DNA of 64,000 nucleotides from positions 512,001 through 576,000 of the forward strand of contig CAVQYR010000001.1 in the NCBI GenBank assembly GCA_963718235.1, in the 5' to 3' direction. Each line of letters starts with the position of its first letter. The stretch's first letter is position 1. The stretch is from an uncultured Actinomycetota bacterium (GTDB lineage Bacteria; Actinomycetota; Actinomycetes; JAHEKZ01). The position numbers and the translations under genes were made by a program. Under the pieces are notes generated by a model. It did no database searches, was not told the DNA's origin, and saw nothing but the letters and a program-made list of their open reading frames with translations. Positions 11,554 to 19,779 of the stretch are shown in pieces.

Positions 11554-12585
11554 ATGACGAGCAGTCAGAGGATTCGGGTCGTCACCGGTGGGGTCGTCTG
11601 GGGCCTGGGCATGGCTCTGGCCGCAACGTTCGTCGCAGCCCCAGTTCAAGCATCGGCGGGACAGGGGGTCGTTCCCCCGCCACCGAGCAGTCTCGTGGTC
11701 AAGGCGAGGGATCTGGGAACGCTCCCCGGGGACTACTCGAGCGCTGCCACCGACATCAACGGCAGCGGGCTCGTCGTCGGCTACAGCTCCTCCGTCTCGA
11801 ACGTGACTCACGCCGCCTTGTGGCGCAGAGGAGTTGTGGTCCGCCTGCCCAGCCCTGGGAGCGAACAGGCCGAGGCCTTCGGCGTGAACGACCGTGGCTT
11901 CGTGGTCGGACGAGTCGGTGCCACTGCGGCCCTGTGGATGCGCGGGAAGCTCATTCGTCTCCAGCCACTTCCGGGAGGAGTCGGCAGCCGCGCCGAGGAC
12001 ATCTCGAACCGCGGACTCATCGTCGGCTACAGCGTCGACGCCGGCGGACATCCGGTTCCGGTGACGTGGTCGTGCGGCCGGGTGCGGGCCCTGGCTCTTC
12101 CTGTGGGTCGTACGGGCGGGCACGCTGACGGAGTGAGCAACTCCGGGCTCGTCGTCGGTGCGGCCGGGCCGGCGCTCAAGTGGACCCGTGGGGTTCCGAG
12201 CGAGCTGGGTCCGCTGGAAGGTGACCTTGGGGGCGTGGCCAGGTCCGTGAACGACCGCGGAGTGGCTGTTGGGTTCAGCTCGAGCAGCACGACGTGGCCG
12301 GTGGTCTGGAAAGGCTCGGCGCCCGCCGCGCTCCAGACCCCGGAAGGGACGACTGCCGGTACCGCCGAGTCCATCAACCGCTGGGGGAACGTCGTGGGCT
12401 GGCTGTCGGTGTCGGGAATGTCGCACCCGGCGCTCTGGTGGCACGGTACGTACGTCGACCTCGGCCCCGCCGGCCGTAGCGGGTACGCCTACGCGATCAA
12501 CGACTACGGGCGAGTCGTCGGGTGGTCGAGCTACGGCGCCACTCTGCATGCCACGCTCTGGAAGGTGACGACACCCGGCACATAG
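11554..12585 (+). CDS. Secreted protein with HAF-type extracellular repeats
   Basis: Signal peptide and repeated DLGTLPG...A-x-[DGS]-[IV]-N-x-x-G-x-VVG units. Confidence 0.8.
   Translation: MTSSQRIRVVTGGVVWGLGMALAATFVAAPVQASAGQGVVPPPPSSLVVKARDLGTLPGDYSSAATDINGSGLVVGYSSSVSNVTHAALWRRGVVVRLPSPGSEQAEAFGVNDRGFVVGRVGATAALWMRGKLIRLQPLPGGVGSRAEDISNRGLIVGYSVDAGGHPVPVTWSCGRVRALALPVGRTGGHADGVSNSGLVVGAAGPALKWTRGVPSELGPLEGDLGGVARSVNDRGVAVGFSSSSTTWPVVWKGSAPAALQTPEGTTAGTAESINRWGNVVGWLSVSGMSHPALWWHGTYVDLGPAGRSGYAYAINDYGRVVGWSSYGATLHATLWKVTTPGT
12571..12585 (+). repeat. Junction site A: acacc-CGGCAC-ATAG
   Basis: Supplies the TAG stop of the HAF-repeat gene. Confidence 0.6.
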
Positions 12586-12696
12586 ACCGACCGGTCGTTG
12601 CGCGAGCATGATCAGGTGGACCTGTCCTCTCACTCGCCCCCCGTGGAGACCTGTTAATCCCTTGCGCCCGGCGCGGGATTGTTGGACGTTGGGCAC

Positions 12697-13695
12697 ATGG
12701 GTTCGCTGCGCGCCGCGCTCGACCGGGAGGCCGAGAGAACGCTTTTCTCGGGCGTGGTGCGGGTCGACCGCGACGGCGCGACCGAGATGATGGCGTACGG
12801 CCACGCTGATCGCGCGTACAGCATCGGGATGACGACCGCTCACCAACTGGGGACCGCGAGCGTGACCAAGGGTTTCACCGCCCTGACGATCCTCAGCATC
12901 GTGGCCGCCGGCGACCTCGAGCTAGCGACGCCGGCGCGCTCGGTGCTCGGCTCCGACCTGCTGCTCGTCGACGACGAGGTCACCGTCGAGCAACTGCTGA
13001 GCCACAGGTCCGGCATTGCTGACTACTTCGACGAGTGGTCGGCGACGAGCAGCGACGACTACGTCATGCCGGTGCCGGTGCACCAGCTCGCGACCAGCGA
13101 GGACTACCTGCCGCTTCTCGACGGCCGGGCACCGGTCTCGGCACCGGGAGCCACGTTCGAGTACAACAACGGGGGCTTCGTCCTTCTCGCGCTCATCGCC
13201 GAGCGCGTGGCCCAGCTGCCGTTCCACGACCTTGTCGCCGAGCGCGTATGGAAGCCAGCCGGCATGGTGCGCACCGCGTTCCTGCGGTCCGACGCTCTGC
13301 CCGGCACGGCAGCGGTGGGTTATCTGGACACTGAGGGACTGCGCACCAATGTGCTGCACCTTCCGGTCCGTGGCAGCGGCGACGGAGGAGCATTCACGAC
13401 TGTCGCGGACATGAGCGCGTTCTGGGATGCGCTCCTCGCTGGCCGTATCGTCCCGGAGCGGTGGGTGGCCGAGATGCTGGTGCCGCGACAGGCGCCAGCC
13501 GGAACGGAGCTCGGCTACGGCCTCGGCGTCTGGCTGCACGCCGGTGGCGTCCTCGAGCTGCACGGGTACGACGCAGGCGTTTCGTATCGGTCGATGCACG
13601 ACCCTGCTTCGGCCAGCACCTGGACGGTCGGGTCCAACACGAGCGGCGGTTCGTGGCCTATGGAGGCGATCCTCGTTGCCGACCTCCCGCCGTGA
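12697..13695 (+). CDS. Serine hydrolase, AmpC/class C beta-lactamase-like
   Basis: SxxK (SVTK), LLSHRSG, FEYNNGGF, GSGDGGAFTT. Confidence 0.85.
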   Translation: MGSLRAALDREAERTLFSGVVRVDRDGATEMMAYGHADRAYSIGMTTAHQLGTASVTKGFTALTILSIVAAGDLELATPARSVLGSDLLLVDDEVTVEQLLSHRSGIADYFDEWSATSSDDYVMPVPVHQLATSEDYLPLLDGRAPVSAPGATFEYNNGGFVLLALIAERVAQLPFHDLVAERVWKPAGMVRTAFLRSDALPGTAAVGYLDTEGLRTNVLHLPVRGSGDGGAFTTVADMSAFWDALLAGRIVPERWVAEMLVPRQAPAGTELGYGLGVWLHAGGVLELHGYDAGVSYRSMHDPASASTWTVGSNTSGGSWPMEAILVADLPP

Positions 13696-13788
13696 CGGGA
13701 TGCAGCTCCAATCCTGCTGAATGCCGAAGATTGCCAGGGTCGGGTACAGCCAAGAAGACCATCGGGCACATCTGCGCTTGCCCGGCCC

Positions 13789-13809
13789 GTGCCGATCACC
13801 GGCACATCG
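13789..13809 (+). repeat. Junction site B: GTGCCG-atcac-CGGCAC-ATCG (palindromic form)
   Basis: Read directly; a degenerate extra copy GGGCACATCT lies at about 13764. Confidence 0.7.
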
Positions 13810-13825
13810 CGCCACGATCACCGGC

Positions 13826-14231
13826 ATGTCCAGATCTATGGGCCGCACTCCCGCGATGCGGTTGACTGGATCTGTGCCAGTCGAGCCTGCGGCGTCCCGG
13901 TGGGGTGTGGCACTTGACCGCCCGTCCACGCGCCGATGGCTCTGGTTCGTCGCCTGGGTTGCGGTGGGGGCCATGGTGCCCATGGTTGTCCTGGGCGCTT
14001 TCACCATCGGCATCTTGTTCATCCCGGTCGCCGGGGTGCTGACATTGATCCTGCTCAGCCGTCGCGCCTCCTGGGTTGGCTTGCCAGGACTGATCACGGG
14101 CATCGGAGTGCCTCTGCTGGTGTTGGTAGGAGTGGGCCCCGTGGCCGTTTCTGCTGGTCAGCCTTGGACTCCTCATCGGCGGCATCGTCGTGTTCACCAG
14201 GCAGCGACCCAAGCCACCTGCCCCCGACTGA
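13826..14231 (+). CDS. Small multi-pass membrane protein, frameshifted near 14138
   Basis: Hydrophobic helices WLWFVAWVAVG..., continuing in a shifted frame as PWPFLLVSLGLLIGGIVVFTRQRPKPPAPD*. Confidence 0.55.
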
Positions 14232-14309
14232 TACCCCGACCCAGTGCAACCCGGAGGCCCTCGTGAGTGGGACGGTCGCTCCCGCACCGGCTAAGCCCTG
14301 AACGCCAAC

Positions 14310-14324
14310 GAGAACGGCACATCG
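14310..14324 (+). repeat. Junction site C: gagaa-CGGCAC-ATCG
   Basis: Read directly, intergenic. Confidence 0.75.
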
Positions 14325-14452
14325 ACGTGGCGACCGCCCCTTGAGACCGCGTTTCGCCTCGCTTCGTGGGCCACGCCTTTGTGTCCGTGTGGTGAGCGCG
14401 AACACGACGCTCTCCGTTGGCGGGGAGCCGGTACCGCGTCTAGCGTTGAGAC

Positions 14453-15376
14453 ATGAGAGCCATGGCCTATGACGCGTACGGTTCCGACGACGCTTTGACC
14501 TTGCGGGACATGCCCGATCCGAAGGTGGGTCCAGGCGAAGTGCGCATCCGGGTGAGACGCGCCGGAGTGAATCCGGTCGACTGGAAGGTGATGTCCGGTG
14601 GGCTGGATGGCCTCATGGACGCCGTCTTCCCGGTCATCCCCGGCTGGGATGTCGCCGGAACGGTCGAGACAGTCGGCATCGACGCCCCAGAGTTCGAGGT
14701 CGGCGACGAAGTCGTGGCATACGCACGCAAGGACGTGGTCCACGGCGGCACCTTCGCCGAACTGGTGACGATGAGCGTCCGGGGCGTGGCTCGCAAGGCG
14801 GAAGCGTTGAGTTGGGACGAGGCGGGCGGCCTCCCGCTCGCCGGGCTGACAGCCCTCCAGACGCTCGACCGGTTGACCGTCTCCGCCGCGGATACGGTTC
14901 TCGTGCACGGCGGAGCAGGGGGTGTCGGCGCCCTCGCCATCCAGATCGCCAAGGCGCGCGGCGCCCGTGTGATCGCCACCGCGTCGCCGGCCAACCACGA
15001 GTTCCTCTCCGGCCTCGGGGCCACGCCGGTCGCGTATGGCGACGGCGTCGTGCAGCGCATCCTCGAGGTTGCGCAGGACGGTGTCGACGTCGTCGCTGAC
15101 TTCGTGGGCGGGGTTCGCGACGTCACAATGGCCGTGCTCGCCACTGGCGGAAGGCACGCCTCCATCGCCGACGCTTCGGTGCTGGAGACCGGAGGCTCGT
15201 GGTTCTGGGTGCGGCCCTCGTCCGAGGGCCTGGCCGAGCTCGGTCAGCTGGCAGACGCCGGGCAGCTGTACGTCCCGGTTGCCGACGTCCTACCTTTGGA
15301 GGAGCTGACCGCTGCTTTCGCGCGCAGCCGGGAGGGTCATGTGCGCGGCAAGCTCGTCATCTCCGTCGCGGACTGA
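14453..15376 (+). CDS. NADP-dependent oxidoreductase (MDR/quinone reductase family)
   Basis: AGVNPVDWK, PGWDVAG, HGGAGGVG, GHVRGKLVI; TAGCGT-6nt-ATG. Confidence 0.9.
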   Translation: MRAMAYDAYGSDDALTLRDMPDPKVGPGEVRIRVRRAGVNPVDWKVMSGGLDGLMDAVFPVIPGWDVAGTVETVGIDAPEFEVGDEVVAYARKDVVHGGTFAELVTMSVRGVARKAEALSWDEAGGLPLAGLTALQTLDRLTVSAADTVLVHGGAGGVGALAIQIAKARGARVIATASPANHEFLSGLGATPVAYGDGVVQRILEVAQDGVDVVADFVGGVRDVTMAVLATGGRHASIADASVLETGGSWFWVRPSSEGLAELGQLADAGQLYVPVADVLPLEELTAAFARSREGHVRGKLVISVAD

Positions 15377-15377
15377 A

Positions 15378-15398
15378 GTGCCGTAGAACGGCACTCGG
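15378..15398 (+). repeat. Junction site D: GTGCCG-tagaa-CGGCAC-TCGG (palindromic form)
   Basis: Immediately after the TGA at 15376, between convergent genes. Confidence 0.75.
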
Positions 15399-15429
15399 CG
15401 GCAGAGCGGTTAGGCCAGGGTGTAGTCGA

Positions 15430-15840
15430 TCATCGGTAGGGGAGGTAGTCGATGCGGGTCGCGCGTCGCCGCCACCCTGGAAGGGGCCAGACGTTGTGCC
15501 AGGTACGGCTGACTGCGGTGCCGTCGCGCTCCTCAACGCAACCGCCCCGCCCCAGGTGGTAGGCGGTGGCTCTGCCCGCGACTGCTATGTCGAGGGTGTG
15601 CTCAACCGCCGGGCGGTCCCTGCTCGCGTCCTCTCCGAGTACTGCCGGGGCTGAGGCTGGGTCATCCAGGCGCACAGTTCCTGTTCCACCGATACCGAGG
15701 TACAGCACGACCCCTACTGATCCGGGGTTGTTGGGCTGGAGTCGGCAGGTGGACGAGCCGTCCTCGTCCGTGACCTCTAGGACTGCACAGTCAGGGAGTT
15801 GCGCGGCGCGTTCCTCGGAGTAGCTGCGCAGCTGCGACAT
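15430..15840 (-). CDS. Hypothetical protein
   Basis: ORF MSQLRSYSEERAAQLPDC...RIDYLPYR fills the interval between sites D and E. Confidence 0.55.
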   Translation of the reverse strand: MSQLRSYSEERAAQLPDCAVLEVTDEDGSSTCRLQPNNPGSVGVVLYLGIGGTGTVRLDDPASAPAVLGEDASRDRPAVEHTLDIAVAGRATAYHLGRGGCVEERDGTAVSRTWHNVWPLPGWRRRATRIDYLPYR

Positions 15841-15892
15841 GAGGACACGATTCGGGGAAGCCGTGGACCGTTCGTCGCATACCAACGCGAGC

Positions 15893-15907
15893 GAGATCGG
15901 CACGTCT
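15893..15907 (+). repeat. Junction site E: gagat-CGGCAC-GTCT
   Basis: Enclosed by the 9-bp inverted repeat AACGCGAGC/GCTCGCGTT. Confidence 0.7.
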
Positions 15908-15996
15908 GCTCGCGTTTCGGAGGGATGCGACCACCTGTCCAGCGTCATCCCGAGTGAGGATCCGCCTGCCTCCGGGTCCCGTGCCCCGGCGCGCCT

Positions 15997-16677
15997 TCAC
16001 GACTGCTCGGCGTCCGCGACCCCGAACTGTGTCCACTGCCCCTCGGAGATCACCTCGACGGAGCCGTCGACGACCTTGATGGCCGTCTGCTCGTCGATGG
16101 CGTAGGCGGGGATGCCGAGGTCAGCCGCCCACCGCTCCGCGTTGGCCAGGGTGTTGTCGGGGAAGGCGTTCAGGTGCGGGAAGATCGAGAAGTCGACGAC
16201 TCCCAACGTGCGGTCGTCCGGCGCGGACGGCCACTCCACGAAGGCCGCACCGACCCTCGGCGTCATCACCATGCTCCCAGCGCTCACCCCGACCCAGGCC
16301 TTGTCCGACAGCGTCGGCAGCAGGTCCGCTAACCCTGACTCGCGCATCCAATGGCACAGGTACGTCGCGTCACCGCCGTCGACAAGTAGCACGTCGGCCT
16401 CTCTGACCCATGGCACCCACCGCTCGGGCCCGATCGTGGGCAGTGCGGTGAGCTCGAGGACGCCAAGGGACGCCCAGCCCAAGCCGGACAGGTAACGGAA
16501 GTCGGGTTCGCACGCGACCAAGCCCCGCACCGATGTCGGGCCGCACATCGGGTGACCCCACTGCGCGGTCGGGACGCAGAGGGCGTGGCACTCCTCGACC
16601 GGCTTGCCAAGAAGTAGCACGAGCGCTGAGTGGATGGTTGGGTTCGTTACGCCCCCCGACGTAAGCAGCAGCTTCAT
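15997..16677 (-). CDS. Peptidase E (S51) family, class I amidotransferase-like
   Basis: MKLLLTSGG, VDGGDATYL, VGVSAGSMV, IFPHL, YAIDEQTAI. Confidence 0.85.
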   Translation of the reverse strand: MKLLLTSGGVTNPTIHSALVLLLGKPVEECHALCVPTAQWGHPMCGPTSVRGLVACEPDFRYLSGLGWASLGVLELTALPTIGPERWVPWVREADVLLVDGGDATYLCHWMRESGLADLLPTLSDKAWVGVSAGSMVMTPRVGAAFVEWPSAPDDRTLGVVDFSIFPHLNAFPDNTLANAERWAADLGIPAYAIDEQTAIKVVDGSVEVISEGQWTQFGVADAEQS

Positions 16678-16780
16678 GGTGCCTCCCGATTCGTGTGCGG
16701 GCTCGCAGACCGGCAGTAGCAGTCAAGCTCAAGTCAGACTCAGCCGACCGCGAATACATGTTCAACCGCGGGAGGCGATG

Positions 16781-16795
16781 CAGATCGGCACATAG
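16781..16795 (+). repeat. Junction site F: cagat-CGGCAC-ATAG
   Basis: Read directly, intergenic. Confidence 0.75.
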
Positions 16796-16825
16796 AGGGC
16801 GGTTGTTCGCACCCAGGAGTGCCGT

Positions 16826-17233
16826 TCAGTTGATGATCTCGCTGCCATCTGCGCGAATCGCCGCCAACCGGTCCCGCCACTCCTGTAGGGCCGCCGGTGT
16901 CAGCCGCGTCCAGTCGGTCACCTCGCCAACGATCCTGAGTGCCTCTCCGCTGCGGTAGGACCGGGTTGGGTTACCGGGGAACTTCCTGTCGGTCACGTTC
17001 GGGTCGTCCTCGAACGCCCCAATCGGCTCAACGGCGTAGACCCGGGGAGCTGCGTCGCCTGGCGCGAGTTCCGCAGCGAGCCCCGCACCGTCACGCAGTG
17101 CAGTGAAGTAGATGTGGTTCATCAGGACTTCCGGTCGGTAGTTCGACCGGAAGCCCGGGATGAGGAGATCCCCCATCCCCAGGTCGGCTTTCGTTCCGTG
17201 GAAGAACGGCCCCTCATCCAGCACGTCGCTCAA
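16826..17233 (-). CDS. arr: NAD(+)-rifampicin ADP-ribosyltransferase
   Basis: GPFFHGTKADL, NHIYFTA, VEPIGAFEDDPNVTDRKFPGNPTRSYRS; GGAGG RBS before TTG 17233. Confidence 0.93.
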   Translation of the reverse strand: MSDVLDEGPFFHGTKADLGMGDLLIPGFRSNYRPEVLMNHIYFTALRDGAGLAAELAPGDAAPRVYAVEPIGAFEDDPNVTDRKFPGNPTRSYRSGEALRIVGEVTDWTRLTPAALQEWRDRLAAIRADGSEIIN

Positions 17234-17301
17234 GGCCACTACCTCCGGGGACGAGACAAAGGTGCACTCGGACATCTTCGCGGATCATGCGAGAACCGAG
17301 C

Positions 17302-17316
17302 GCGATTTGCACATAG
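17302..17316 (+). repeat. Junction site G (degenerate): gcgat-TTGCAC-ATAG
   Basis: Two core mismatches but the correct position and flanks. Confidence 0.5.
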
Positions 17317-17361
17317 GCACGGCCTTGCCCAGTTCAGCCGTTACCGAGGATCATCCTCCGT

Positions 17362-17559
17362 ATGACATGGCGGCGATTCGCCCTCGGCGGACTCAGTTCC
17401 CTTGTGGCGCTCGTCGGCTATGTCGTGCTGTACCCGAGGCTTGTCGCTGCGGGCCATGCACCTCTGGACGCCCTCGGTTGGGCGCTGGCAGCTGCGTGTC
17501 TGGGCCTGTTCCTGGGCTCTCTCCTCATGGCGATCATGTCGCCGGCCAGGAGGCGCTGA
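17362..17559 (+). CDS. Small two-TM membrane protein (65 aa)
   Basis: Two hydrophobic helices; fits between sites G and H. Confidence 0.55.
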   Translation: MTWRRFALGGLSSLVALVGYVVLYPRLVAAGHAPLDALGWALAAACLGLFLGSLLMAIMSPARRR

Positions 17560-17570
17560 CCCATCCCGTC

Positions 17571-17585
17571 CAGATCGGCACATCG
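17571..17585 (+). repeat. Junction site H: cagat-CGGCAC-ATCG
   Basis: Between convergent genes. Confidence 0.75.
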
Positions 17586-17609
17586 GCGCGGCAGTGCCGG
17601 TGGTGACTG

Positions 17610-18071
17610 TCAATCGACAACTACTGGATCGTCGTCGGGGTTGAACACCGCTATCTCCTCGGGATCCAGGTCACAGGCGGTGGGGACCTCCAGAGCGATG
17701 TCAGCCGAGTCGGGGGCGTGGAAGCCACCCGCGCCTTGGACCGACTGACCCTCGGCGACCAGTGACCCGGACGGTAGCCGCACGACGAGCGGGTCAGCAT
17801 CGTCGAGCTCGGTGCCGCTCGGCCAGATGACCGCCACCACGCGATCCGGCGCGTATCCGAGCGCCAGGCCGACGCAGCCGTTGCGCAGGATCAGCGTTCC
17901 CGTGATCAGCGCGTCCTCCCCGCCACGCGGCAGCAGCGAGTCCTTGTGGACCATCAGGGTGACATCGCCTTCCGTCACAACCGTCTGCCCGCCACAAGCC
18001 GCGACGGTCGCCATGAGAACCACGGCGGCGCCCATGTAACCCGCCCGACGCCAATCAGCCGGTGCTCCCAT
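17610..18071 (-). CDS. Hypothetical lipoprotein
   Basis: Lipobox-like TVAACGG; DALITGTLILRNGCVGL...VIWPSGT...GAGG. Confidence 0.6.
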   Translation of the reverse strand: MGAPADWRRAGYMGAAVVLMATVAACGGQTVVTEGDVTLMVHKDSLLPRGGEDALITGTLILRNGCVGLALGYAPDRVVAVIWPSGTELDDADPLVVRLPSGSLVAEGQSVQGAGGFHAPDSADIALEVPTACDLDPEEIAVFNPDDDPVVVD

Positions 18072-18109
18072 AAGGGTCAGAATGCCGGATTGGGTGCAGG
18101 AAGGCGATC

Positions 18110-18124
18110 GAGAACGGCACCTCG
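18110..18124 (+). repeat. Junction site I: gagaa-CGGCAC-CTCG
   Basis: Between divergent genes. Confidence 0.75.
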
Positions 18125-18173
18125 GTGCGCCGGGCTCGGACTGGTTTCGTCGGGTCGTGGATAGCATCAGACG

Positions 18174-18779
18174 ATGTCCTTCGATGCCGTCATCTTCGAC
18201 CTTGGTGGCGTGCTCATCGACTATCAAGGAGTCGAACCGCTGAAGGTTCTCGCCGGCATTCAGGACGAGCAAGAGTTGTGGCGGCGCTGGCTCAGCTGCG
18301 AGTGGGTTCGCCGCTTCGAGCGGGGCCAGTGCTTGCCGGCGGAGTTCGCGAGTGGGGTTGTCGCCGATTGGGACCTTGGCGTGACCCCGGATGTGTTCCT
18401 GGCCCAGTTCCGGAGCTGGGTCCACGGGACGATCCCGGGTGCTGATGCCTTGGTCGCGGCCGTGCGGACCGAGGTTCCGGTGGCGTGCCTGAGCAATACC
18501 AACAGCCTGCACTGGCTCGACGGGGCATCGCAGTGGCCCTTCGTCGACCTGCTCGACCATGTCTTCTTGTCGTTCCAGCTGGGGATGGTCAAGCCCGACC
18601 GGGAGATCTTCGACCACGTCAGCCGGCAACTAGGGGCACCGGGCCGACGGCTGCTGTTCCTGGACGACAACACCTTGAACGTCGAGGCGGCAGTCGATGC
18701 TGGGTGGATCGCGGCAAAGGTGGACGGGGTGAATCAGGCCACGCAGGCACTCGCCCACCATGGGGTCCTACCCAGATGA
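18174..18779 (+). CDS. HAD-family phosphatase
   Basis: IFDLGGVL, LSNT, KPDREIF, FLDDNTLNV. Confidence 0.9.
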   Translation: MSFDAVIFDLGGVLIDYQGVEPLKVLAGIQDEQELWRRWLSCEWVRRFERGQCLPAEFASGVVADWDLGVTPDVFLAQFRSWVHGTIPGADALVAAVRTEVPVACLSNTNSLHWLDGASQWPFVDLLDHVFLSFQLGMVKPDREIFDHVSRQLGAPGRRLLFLDDNTLNVEAAVDAGWIAAKVDGVNQATQALAHHGVLPR

Positions 18780-18800
18780 CCGCACCTGTCCTCCGACGCA

Positions 18801-18815
18801 CATAGCGGCACTTCG
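18801..18815 (+). repeat. Junction site J: catag-CGGCAC-TTCG
   Basis: Between convergent genes. Confidence 0.6.
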
Positions 18816-18823
18816 GGGCGGCG

Positions 18824-19609
18824 TCAGGGCACCTGCCCGATTGCCTCCAGAACTGAGTCTTCGAGCCCGCGATAGCAGGTGAGGCACTCATCAATGGCCT
18901 CGAAGCCGACCGACTCATAGAGGGGCCGCCCGGCTGGCGTGGCCAGGAGAAGCGCTTCCGATGTTGCAGTCGACCATGTCGCGGCGAGGGCAGTCGTCAG
19001 GGCCGCCCTGCCTGCCCCTCGTCCCTGATGTCGCTTTGGCGTCATCATCTCCATGACTCCGATGCTGGATCCGGACCGACAGATCCAGACGGTGCTTACC
19101 GGTTGTCCACCGTGTCGAGCCAGCCACACCTGGGCCGCACCGAAACGAGCCGCCTGGCCCATGCTGGCGTCGAGCAAGTCGAGATCGACCGTGTGCGCCT
19201 CAGAGGTCAGGCGCAGCGCGACCTCGAGGTCCCCGTCGGTTTCGCAGCGCGAGACGCTGAACTTCGACGGGACGACCTCGGGTCGGTATCCGCACCTCAT
19301 CAAGGGCTCGGACATCTCGCCAGTGGTGAACCCCGCGTCAGTCAGGACGCGACGCGACGCAGGGATCAGATGCTCGGACGTGAAGACGATCCCCGGTTGA
19401 TCGGTGCCAACAACCTGTGCCAGATCGGAGGCGGACTTGTCGGATGCCCTCGGGGAGAGGCCGCAGACGTTCAGCTCGGCACTGCTCATCCGAGACAGCG
19501 CGGCGAACCAGCCATCCGACAGCACTCGTTCCGCCTCGACCCCGGCGGCGTAGAAATCGACGCACAGCGAAGCGAAGGACTCCCACGACTTCTGAAGGGC
19601 TGGATCCAT
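18824..19609 (-). CDS. GNAT family N-acetyltransferase
   Basis: TPKRHQGRGAGRA and ATPAGRPLYESVGF acetyl-CoA binding motifs. Confidence 0.8.
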   Translation of the reverse strand: MDPALQKSWESFASLCVDFYAAGVEAERVLSDGWFAALSRMSSAELNVCGLSPRASDKSASDLAQVVGTDQPGIVFTSEHLIPASRRVLTDAGFTTGEMSEPLMRCGYRPEVVPSKFSVSRCETDGDLEVALRLTSEAHTVDLDLLDASMGQAARFGAAQVWLARHGGQPVSTVWICRSGSSIGVMEMMTPKRHQGRGAGRAALTTALAATWSTATSEALLLATPAGRPLYESVGFEAIDECLTCYRGLEDSVLEAIGQVP

Positions 19610-19696
19610 GTGAGCGATACTGGCACCGATATTGCTCGGGTGACGTCGCCAGCTCGTGGGTACGAGCCGAACTGGAGAGCGCGAGGAGGACACCGG

Positions 19697-19711
19697 GCGT
19701 TCGGCACCGAG
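19697..19711 (+). repeat. Junction site K: gcgtt-CGGCAC-CGAG
   Basis: Intergenic, more divergent flanks. Confidence 0.5.
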
Positions 19712-19779
19712 GTCGCCGGCGTCACTCGCATACCTTCGCTCGTCCGACCTGGCGCGGGCTCGATCGCCTGACTGCCGGG

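Larger units (their letters stand above)
12571..19711 (+). mobile_element. Putative integron-like array of ten single-gene cassettes delimited by SAGAW-CGGCAC-ATMG sites
   Basis: One same-strand copy at each of 11 consecutive junctions; core hexamer starts at 12576, 13800, 14315, 15389, 15898, 16786, 17307 (TTGCAC), 17576, 18115, 18806, 19702. Confidence 0.7.

Noticed and set aside
17321-17328. GGCCTTGC resembling half of a rifamycin-associated element upstream of arr
   Set aside because: Only one half of the palindrome is present, and it lies beyond junction site G, outside the arr unit.
12571-19711. Array as CRISPR or classical integron
   Set aside because: The repeats are about 15 bp with gene-sized intervals. 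There are no cas genes, no intI and no attC R-box cores, and the genes face both directions.
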